DNA of 63,990 bases, the filler included, from Circinaria calcarea (taxonomy: Eukaryota), in assembly GCA_051942165.1 (NCBI GenBank). It is 3 parts of 3 records of this genome, joined end to end, with 100 filler letters (N's around TTAATTAATTAA, not from the genome) between each part and the next. Parts side by side here need not be neighbours in the genome. Positions count along the whole stretch, not along the records: positions 47,299 to 63,990 come from JAVECS010000306.1; 2 more parts are not named here. The stretch is one strand, 5' to 3'. This document shows, piece by piece, positions 54,036 through 63,990 of the stretch (positions within the stretch are counted from its first letter, which is position 1; each line of letters begins with the position of its first letter). Position numbers and translations under genes: made by a program. A model generated the notes under the pieces. The model ran no database searches. It was not told where the DNA came from and worked only from the letters and a program-made list of their open reading frames with translations.

Positions 54036-54653
54036 CTATCCGAGATCCATTGCATCTTCGTCTTCTTCATATACTGCGTCTGGAATAGTACTGTGCTGTT
54101 GTGACCGAGGAGCCTCCGTTTCCGGCGCCTGCTTCTCCCTTGCCCTAGCCCGAGTCTCGAGAATAGCCTTGCGAACACTGTCCTGCTCCTTTGGAATCGA
54201 TAAAGACTCCGGGATGTTATACAGTACTATCTCATTGCTTATCGGCGGCTGACTCTGGCTTATGAGAACGGACTTAGGAATCTTTGTCAATCGCTGCTCG
54301 ATGTCTGGTAGAAAGAGAAGCTTCTCTTCCTCTGATTCAATGTCGGAGACCTCTTCGTCCAGGTCGTGAATGTAGACTTTGTCCCTCGTGTCGTCGAGTC
54401 GCATAGAATCACTGAAGGCATTTGAACGTTTGCGACGTTCCGGAGTTGGTGGCTTTACGGGGGTGTAGAGCTTGCCGATATGTTCTGTAACGCTACATTA
54501 GAACTTGGATGGATGGCATAAAAGGTGAAAATCTCACTTACCAAGGCTAAGTAGATTAAACCGCTTGGCCAGCCGCTGTTCGCTCTCGAGATTATCGTCA
54601 GCGTGCCTTTTTTGTCTATGCGTCGTAAACGCCCCATTGACCCCATCATCCAT
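54036..54653 (-). CDS. Conserved fungal hypothetical protein, 2 exons
   Basis: 'EQRLAKRFNLLSL' exon with GTAAGT donor, then 'MRLDDTRDKVYIHDLDEE..IVLYNIPESLSIPKEQDSVRKAILETRARARE'. Confidence 0.7.
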
Positions 54654-54779
54654 TGCCCTCCACGATTTTAAAAGTCAGAGTCGCGAATGCGACAATGACC
54701 AACGGTAGAGAAGGCTAATCGCGTCTTGCTTCATCCAAAGTACGAACCGGTGTGCACAGACATCAAGTTAGTATGCTTG

Positions 54780-57700
54780 ATGAGAGGTGTTGGTAGCATT
54801 AGGAGTTGCGGACTCAATCTGAGTCACGGATATTCAAAGTTTGTTGTCAATAAAGTCCCACTGTTTCCCATCCACTTCAAGTTATCTTGCACCTCCCATT
54901 CGCACATAAGAAAACATAAAATGTCCGAATTCAATAGTGAGATTGTCGGCGCAAACGGGGAACCCCAGTGGTCTGCTGTACGCGTCCGAGAGACATTTCT
55001 TGAATATTTCAAGAAGAATGGGCATACTTTTGGTGAGCAGAATGCAGATGACAATTCATTCCTCGGGCTTACGAAAATGATAGTACCCTCATCGCCTACT
55101 GTACCACATTCGGATTCGACTTTACTCTTCACAAATGCTGGCATGAACCAGTACAAGCCCATATTCCTTGGCACGGTCGATCCCCAATCCGAATTTGGCC
55201 AACTCAAGCGTGCAGTAAACACGCAGAAGGTATGTTCTCCCAGTCGAGTATGAACGCGGTCACTGACCAGCTCGCACAGTGCATCCGTGCTGGAGGCAAG
55301 CACAACGTGAGCTCTCCCTCGCAGCACCGTGGCCTATAGCTCACTCTCTCAGGATTTGGATGATGTGGGAAAAGATAGTTACCACCATGTAAGTGCTTCA
55401 GGCATGCTGCTTTCACCCATCTCCTTACGTTTGTCCACAGACGTTCTTTGAAATGCTTGGAAATTGGAGTTTCGGGGACTATTTCAAGAAAGAAGCTATC
55501 CACTACTCATGGGAGCTACTTACCAAAGTTTACGGCTTGGATCCTGACCGTCTCTATGTTACCTACTTTGAGGGATATAAAGCCGGTGGCCTGGAACCTG
55601 ATACGGAAGTGCAAGAACTCTGGAAATCCGTTGGAGTTGCGGATGATCATATCCTTCCTGGCAATATGAAGGATAACTTCTGGGAAATGGGTGACCAAGG
55701 ACCCTGTGGACCTTGCAGTGAAGTCCATTACGACCGGATTGGAGGCAGAAATGCAGCGCACCTGGTAAATCAGGATGACCCAATGGTCTTGGAAGTGTGG
55801 AACAACGTCTTCATTCAGTATAACCGTGAGTCGGACAGGTCACTGCGATCACTCCCAAGCAAGCATGTTGATACAGGAATGGGATACGAGCGGTTGGTTT
55901 CGGTGCTACAAAACACAATGTCCAATTATGATACTGATGTCTTCACCCCACTATTCGAATGTATATCAAAGGTCACGGGAGCACGAAAATACAAAGGGAA
56001 TTTTGGAGAGGAAGACGAGGATGGCATCGATACAGCATATCGAGTTATTGCAGACCATGTACGGACTCTGACGTTCGCCATCTCCGACGGTGCTGTCCCT
56101 AACAATGATGGTCGTGGATACGTTATACGAAGGGTCCTTAGGAGAGGAGCACGCTATGCCAGAAAATACTTCAATGCGGAAATTGGGAATTTTTTCTCAA
56201 AAATTGTACCTACTTTGGTTCAGCAAATGGGTGATATGTTTCCAGAGATCAGGAAGAAGGAGTCGGATGTGAAAGAGATCTTGAATGAAGAGGAAGAGTC
56301 ATTCTCCAAAACCTTGGACCGAGGAGAACGGCAGTTCGAAAACTACGCACAACAAGCGAAGCTCAAGGACTTGAAGAAACTACATGGTACTGATGTTTGG
56401 CGATTGTATGATACGTTTGGTTTCCCTGTGGATTTGACACGGTTAATGGCAGAAGAGAGGGGACTAGATATTGACGACGATGAAGTTGAAGATGCTCGAC
56501 TAAGATCCAAGGAAGCCAGCCGTGGCCAGAAGAAAGGCGCTTCGGATCTTCTAAAGCTGGACGTTCATGATCTTGGCAGTTTAGCGAAGATGAACAATGT
56601 CCACAAAACAGATGATAGTGCGAAATTTGGAAGGTCTAATATCTGTTCACAACTCAAAGCAATCTACCACGCCAAGCAATTCCGAACTGATACCAAGGAA
56701 ATCCCGATAGGAGACCAGCTGGGCGTGATCTTAGACCGGACCAACTTTTATGCCGAACAAGGTGGTCAAGAATACGATATGGGTACAATTATCATCGATG
56801 GTGTGGCCGAGCTTGAGGTGCAGAACGTGCAGGTCTATGCCGGCTATGTACTGCATACTGGATACATGAAATATGGTTCGTTGGCAGTCGGGGATGAAGT
56901 AATCTGCGAATACGATGAGCTTCGAAGGTGGCCCATACGGAACAACCATACCGGCACTCACATTCTAAATTACGCACTTCGAGAAGTCCTCGGTGACGGG
57001 ATCGAACAAAAAGGGTCACTTGTCGCGGCGGAGAAACTCCGATTCGATTTTTCACACAAGTCGGGGATATCGGATGCACAACTAGCAGAAATTGAGGACA
57101 AGTCGACCTGGTATATCCGGCAAAATTGTACAGTGTACGCTAAGGATGTCCCGCTTGCGACAGCCCGCGAAATCGAGGGTGTTCGTGCTGTCTTCGGAGA
57201 GACATATCCAGACCCTGTCCGGGTAGTGTCCGTGGGTGTTGAGGTCGAAGAATTACTCAAAAACGTCAAGGATCCAAAGTGGAGGGACGTCAGCGTTGAA
57301 TTTTGCGGTGGTACGCATGTGCAAAAGACAGGTGACATCAAAGACCTAGTCGTTCTGGAGGAGAGTGGGATCGCTAAAGGTGTTCGCCGGATCATAGCTG
57401 TTACAGGTGAAGATGCGCATGCCGTTCAACGAGTAGCAGCTGAGTTCGATGAACGCCTGTCGAGACTGGAGAAGATGCCCCATGGCCCCGAAAAGGATCA
57501 GGAGATCAAAGCCATCAAGATCGAATTACCCCAACTGTCCATTTCCGCGTTATCCAAGTCAGGTTTCCGTGAGCGCTCCAGCAAGGTCGAAAAGGCCCAG
57601 CTAGACGATCAAAAGGCACAACAGAAGGCGGAGTCGAAGAAGGCGTTGGATGCCGTAACGGATTACTTTGGAAAATCGGAGAACAAGGACAAGAAACAGC

Positions 57701-58085
57701 TCATCGTCCAATTACCAATCAACGCGAATGCAAAGGTAGTAGGCGAAGTGTTAAACCATGTTAAGACAAAGAGCAAGGACAAGTCAGTGTATATTTTTGC
57801 CGCAGACAAGCAGGAGGGAAAAGTCGTCCATGGTTGTCATATTTCAGAGGTCAGTCTCCCTTTCGTGCCTGTGGTAGGTCTGTGCTGACTCCTACGAAAA
57901 ATCAGGCAGCCAGCAAGAAAGGCGCTTCTGCAAGTGACTGGGCAAGCGCAGTATCTGCAGTTGTAGGAGGCAAGGCAGGCGGCAAGGGCTCTACGAGTAT
58001 CGGTAATGGCACGAACGCTGACAAGGTGGATGAAGCTCTGGAAGCGGCGACCAAGTACTTGGAGAATTTCAATCTTTCGTCGTAG
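54780..58085 (+). CDS. ALA1: Alanyl-tRNA synthetase (cytosolic start 54921; upstream in-frame ATG 54780), multi-exon including micro-exons 55280-55306 and 55353-55388
   Basis: '[12 protein letters not shown]', '[37 protein letters not shown]', '[16 protein letters not shown]', editing motifs 'NHTGTH' and 'EFCGGTH', and C-terminal 'GGKAGGK'. Confidence 0.97.
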
Positions 58086-60171
58086 ATGTATTTAATGTAT
58101 TGGTTGGTTAAAGATAGAATAGAATAGGGGGTCCGGCTCACTTGCCTGTTCGCAATTTGGCTATGCTGTACTACGATTGTCTGTTTGTGCTCACAACAAC
58201 CATATTCCCGTGATACACGAGATAGATACTGTACATAGTCCTGATAGACTTATCGATTTGAAGACATCTTCTTCTCCTCAAAACCCAAGGAAACTGATTG
58301 GCGCGCCATTGTAGATCGAAGGCTGGCGCAATGATATTGAGGACTCGGAATCCCTGAAAATACATCAGATTGAAAACTGCACACCCCAATGATCTAATGC
58401 TAGTTCTCAAAGATCACAGGTAGATTAGAGCAAACCTCGGCTCTCTCGAAATTGACCAAGCGATCTGTTTGAAGCAGTTCAGTCTCCCTCCACTGGCTAT
58501 TCGTCTATCAGGCTGTTCATTTCCATGGAGCATCACTTATACCTCGTCTTCCCTCACCCTTACCTTACTCTCATCTCTCTCAAACGAGAAGACCTCCTTT
58601 GGTATCAGTTTAGCATTGACGGGAGGGTTGGTGGCACTTGGACTGACAGCTTGCCCCCATGGCTGTCCCACACACTGGTGGCAGCATTGGAAAGGAGCGG
58701 TGTATAATATGGGATGGAGAAAGGTATAAGATTGGGGGCCAACTCTTCTGTGACTACGAACGGTTGTTGATGACCCGGAAAGGGCTCTCTGAGGTATTTG
58801 GCCGAAACTCCACCAGTAAGCTGCTAGACCAAGTGTGCTTCTTCATTTGGAGCAAGTTGGCCCTTGGAATATACCTTAAGACTTATTCCTGTGCATTCAC
58901 AACTATTCACCATTTTCTATAATACGATAAAGCTCTTATTGCTCTTGATTTCTTATTATCCCCAGCCTACCTCGAATCTCCTACAGAATCACCCATATTG
59001 TAACGAACCTGGCAGTAGATTCATTACCTCAAGCTCTCAGAGTCTTGTCCTGTTTCGCGAGTTTAGTAGCAGCTTTAACACGGAAGCACTTTTGGTACAA
59101 TATTTGCTGGATGATTTGCTCCGGACAAGGGATTCATAGATATTGACAACGTTCCGGATGAAGTGGACGAAGATGAGGACGATTTCTCGCCATGGCTAGC
59201 ACTATCGTCGAAGGAACAGTCTCAAGTTCTAAATTCGGCCAGACCAGTGAAAATGCCATCCACGCCTGCCTGTTCTTCTCAATGACGGTCCTTTGGTAAA
59301 GTCAGCATCGAAAGCTGGGGCATTCAGCAGAAAGGACTGTCCGTCGGACAAAGAAACGAGCTATCAAAAATGCCAGCGTCACTGTTCCTTTGAGAATGTT
59401 TATGAGCTCCGACCCCTTTAGCGCCTGAAAGGCCTTCCAGTGGAATTGTTGGAAGAGTATATTTTGGGTTGCAATGTGTCCAACGCATTCCGCCTTCCCA
59501 GATTATTACCCTATCCAAGTCTTCTGTTTTCATCAAGACACATCAAGAAATTCTTAGTCATGCAGACCATGCGCTGGTCTTATGACGATCTATTGACTGA
59601 TACATGCAATTGATGGGTCGGGTGAAGGGACGACTATCAGAGAATTCAGCAGGAAATACTCGCCATGCCGTGGTTTACATATGGCCTCTTTTGATAGAAA
59701 GTCAGGAGAGGAACCTTCTCGATATTTTCCTTCCCCCGTTATCGTACATGGGCGGTTGCGAACACTACAGCAGGATTGTTGGCAGCAGTAACAAAGATCC
59801 ACTTATTTTGCGATGGATGCGACAACGATCTTGCCGCGTAGGGCGCAAAGATGAAGGAAAAGGGGGATGAAAGGGGCGCGTGGCGGAGGCAGGAACTGTG
59901 CTTGCGATGTCCTTGAAGCTTTTTGCTAGCCCACAGGTCCCGCATCTCTAAAATGAAGCTCAAATCGTGAAATGAAGAAGGGACATTTGGAGTAGTACAC
60001 GCTTTGATAGATGATATCCTGGTCCTATATACATGACTTCGTAAACACGTTAGACCAACCACACTCCTATCCCCCTCCTTCGTGTCATCGCATTCTTGAA
60101 ATCTCATCCCATCATCCCAAACCCTAACAAACATACACAAGTGAATGAGAATTCACAACCAAAAACGTCCA

Positions 60172-60808
60172 TCACCGACAAGTCTCCAGCATCTTCCGCA
60201 ATACGCCCATCAGCTGCGCATTTTCCAACGCAGCCGCCACCCTCTCCTTATCCCCCAGCTGCTTATTCACCTGTTCCGCTGTACTATGCGTCCCTTCCTT
60301 GATTCTCACGTCTACCCTAAACCTCGGGGGTAATGCTTGTTCCAGCCGCACTCGGACTCCCAAGCCAATTACGGTGGCGAGCGAGCAGTGCGTGATCGTA
60401 GGCGTGATCTCGACAAGGACAGTTTGGAGAGTGCGGTTTAGGGGTTTTATGTGGATGTCGGGAAGGTTTACCACAGCAAGAGAGCCAAGGGAGAGAGGGT
60501 GTTCGGGGTCGGAGATTGTGGAGATGAGGTCTATGAGGGGGGCTCAGTTTAGCTTTTTGGGTATAGGATTTGGGAATCGTACCATAGACTTCTTGCTCGT
60601 CTATCGGCTCCACCGCATCGTCATCGCTCTCGGAATCTGAAGACAAGTTGGCTGGCGCAAAGGGATCGCTCAGGTAGGCGGGAGATGGTACGCTGTTGGC
60701 GAAAATTCTAGGGGTGTTTTGCTTTATATCTGAGGAACCTCGTGGCCGCCTGGTGGGGAGATCTGAGGCGTTGCGGACCGTTGGGTTCGCATTCTGAATG
60801 TCGGACAT
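60172..60808 (-). CDS. CIA2: Cytosolic Fe-S assembly protein Cia2/MIP18 (FAM96B), 2 exons (60808-60583, 60530-60172)
   Basis: 'IDEQEVYDLISTISDPEHPLSLGSLAVV', 'TPTITHCSLATVIGL', 'VNKQLGDKERVAAALEN'. Confidence 0.95.
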
Positions 60809-61056
60809 GATGATGAAAAGAAGTAGGATCTTCGAGCGGTGATCGAGGTACCTATCCTATATTGATAAAGGCAGTAATGGATAGAAGCATGTAGAAGTAT
60901 GAAATTTGTTAGCAAAGTCGTCATTCTGGGTCTTATCGATAAGGGCTTGAGATAAGCTTTTGAGGCTCAAACAGTAGTCTAGACCGTATTGGACGCGCTT
61001 TTTCTTCAACAACGAAGCTCCAGTAATTCGCCGTCCAGCTCTAGAAAATCTAAAAG

Positions 61057-63990
61057 ATGGATGATCTGTACGACGAGTAAGTCGCGGCAATTCATCGTCA
61101 GGGTACTTCTGCTGAATTCTAATACAGGTTTGGTAACTTCATCGGAGAGGCGGAAGAGTCTGAAGAAGAATCACAAAATGGAGTGAACGGCGCAGACGCT
61201 TATCTCGACGATGATGAAGTGGAGGAGGATGCAGTTGACAATGATCAACAGCTGATGCAGCTTGATGGTATAGATAGAACCCTCTTCTGCTATGACAGGA
61301 GCGTCTAATTTCTTTCAGATGACGGACCTTCCAATGCTGTTGTACTGCACGAGGACAAGCAATATTACCCTACCGCCCAGCAAGTTTACGGGCCCGATGT
61401 CGAGACCATGGTACAGGAGGAGGATGCGCAACCCCTTAGCCAGCCTATCATTGCGCCAATACAGCAGAAAAAATTTACAGTCCAAGAGGTTGACCTACCG
61501 CGAGTACACTTTGCGAGGGACTTTATGACGGATCTTATGAACTTCCCAGATCAGATCAGGAATATCGCATTTGCTGGTCATTTGCATCACGGGAAAACAG
61601 CACTCATGGATATGCTGGTCATGCAGACGCATGATCTGGATGAGCGGTTAGAAAAGAGGACCGGAAGGAAAAGGGATGAGCAACTACGATATACAGATGT
61701 CCACGTGCTTGAAAGGGAACGAGGTATTTCAATAAAATCAGCCCCCATGAGTTTGGTCCTTCAAGGCACCCGAGGAAAGTCCCATCTTTTCAACATAATC
61801 GATACACCCGGTCATGTCAACTTTGTAGACGAAGTCGCAGCTGCCTTCCGTCTGGTCGACGGGGTCGTTTTAGTTGTTGATGTCGTGGAAGGTGTTCAAA
61901 TCAATACAGAACAAATCATCAAATATGCGATATTGGAAGATCTGCCTCTAACGCTGATAGTCAATAAAATGGACCGGCTGATACTGGAATTGAAGATACC
62001 ACCCACAGATGCATATTTTAAGCTCAAACATGTTATAGAGGAAGTCAACACTGTCATCGAGAATACCTTGCCAGGACAAGGAGAGAAAAGACGATTGAGT
62101 CCTGAAAAGGGCAACGTTGCGTTTGCGTGCAGTAGTATGGGATGGTGTTTTACGTTACCTTCTTTCGCTAAAATGTACGCCGAAAGCTACCCTGAAGTCA
62201 ATGCCAAGGAGTTCGGGCTGCGGCTCTGGGGCGACATATTCTTCAACCCTAGAAGACGATCATTTACTCGAAAAGGCGTGGAAGAGCGATCGAAGCGAAC
62301 TTTTGTCAACTTTGTACTGGAACCCATCTACAAACTCTATTCGCATACAATTAGTGAGAGTCCTGAGGATCTCAAGGAAACATTGAAGACATTAGGGATT
62401 TATTTAAAACCGTCCCAATACAAAACAGATGCAAAGGATTTGCTGAAGCTTGTTTGTGAACGGTTCTTTGGCGGAGCGGAAGGCTTCGTTGACATGGTTG
62501 TCGAGCATATTCCATCGCCGGCTGAGGGGGCAAAGAAGAAGCTAGATCGTTATTACACCGGGCCGACCGATACGAAAGTTGCTTCTGCAATTGGGAATTG
62601 TGATCAAGATGGTCCTCTTGTCATCCAGATTACAAAGCTCTTCAACACACCAGATGCTTCAAGCTTCTATTCCTTTGGTCGAGTCATGAGTGGGACGGTA
62701 AAGGCTGGCCAGCAGGTGCGGGTGCTGGGTGAGGGCTACACTATCGATGACGAGGAGGACATGGCGATATCTATAATCTCCGATATATGGATTGCAGAGT
62801 CGAGATACAATATCCCGACGAGTGGCGTGCCGGCTGGAAATTGGGTTCTTGTCAGTGGTATCGATAATTCAATTGTGAAAACCGCGACACTGGTTCCGCC
62901 ACGATTAGAAGATGATGAGGATGCTTACATCTTTAAACCTATAAAGCACTTTACAGAGTCGGTCTTTAAGGTAGCCGTTGAGCCGATCAACCCTTCTGAG
63001 CTACCGAAGATGCTGGACGGGCTCAGGAAGATCAACAAAAGCTACCCGCTGATCACGACAAAGGTTGAAGAGTCAGGCGAGCATGTTATATTGGGAACAG
63101 GTGAACTGTACATGGACTGCGTCCTTCACGACTTGCGACGACTATACTCCGAAATGGAATTGAAAGTCTCGGATCCAGTAACAAGATTTTGCGAGACGGT
63201 TGTTGAGACTTCGGCTATCATGTGCTATGCTTTGACCCCTAACAAGAAGAATAAGATTACCATGGTAGCAGAACCACTGGAAGATGGTATCGCGCAGGAT
63301 ATTGAGTCAGGGAAGGTAAGCATCAAAGACCCTATACGGAAAGTCGGTCAATTCTTCGAGGAGAACTACGACTGGGACAAATTAGCTGCCAGAAGTATCT
63401 GGGCGTTTGGACCTGACGAAATGGGGCCCAACATTTTGCAAGACGACACCCTTCCTTCGCAAGTAGACAAGAAGCTTCTAGCAACTGTTCGCGATACGAT
63501 ACGGCAGGGATTCAGCTGGGGTACTCGGGAAGGGCCTCTTTGCGAAGAGCGTGAGTTCTGTTCTGGTGACTTGTCAATATGACAGAGGATGCTAAAGTCG
63601 TACAGCAATCCGGAATACCAAATTCAAGCTAACCGATATATCTCTTGCTCCCGAAGCTATCTACCGCGGCGGTGGCCAAATTATACCGACTACCCGCCGA
63701 GCTATCTACTCCTCGTTCCTTACCGCCTCTCCACGCCTGATGGAACCCCTTTACACAGTCTCGATGACTGGGCCTGCCGACTCAGTTTCATCACTCTACA
63801 CAGTTCTCTCTCGCCGCCGTGGCCATGTATTGTCGGACGGTCCCATCGCAGGAACACCTCTTTATGGCGTACGGGGCTTAGTGCCTGTCATTGACAGCTT
63901 TGGTTTTGAGACAGATGTCAGGATACATACACAAGGACAGGCAATGGTAAGTCTGGTATTCGAGAAGTGGAATGTTGTACCAGGAGATCC
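61057..63990 (+). CDS. SNU114: U5 snRNP GTPase Snu114/EFTUD2 (runs off the window end)
   Basis: 'MDDLYDEFGNFIG', '[11 protein letters not shown]', 'GHLHHGKT', 'DTPGHVNF', 'NKMD', 'GTGELYMDC', 'REGPLCEE'. Confidence 0.97.

Overview
Eukaryotic (filamentous ascomycete, Pezizomycotina-type) genomic DNA with short GT..AG introns. It is made of three contigs joined by artificial N44-TTAATTAATTAA-N44 spacers (23614-23713, 47199-47298). Most of the window is ordinary, gene-dense housekeeping or meiotic sequence: MDP1-like phosphatase, an LRR protein, MER3, a UDP-galactose transporter, HOP1, CDC4, STE12/steA, MID1, COQ8, ureF, TAF2, an RCR-family membrane protein, ALA1, CIA2 and SNU114. The exception is a ~10 kb island (23.7-34.1 kb) with no intact long ORF. 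Manual translation of its minus strand shows a co-oriented series of decayed genes: a SNF2-like helicase remnant, a divergent extra histone H3-like gene missed by the ORF track, two unidentified genes and a long gene with an Ulp1/C48-protease-like segment. A ~30 bp motif is shared upstream of two of these genes. I infer this is the relic of a mobile or accessory cassette carrying chromatin factors; no transposase or recombinase was found, and the left end runs into an assembly gap. All gene calls come from motif recognition by eye, with no database search.
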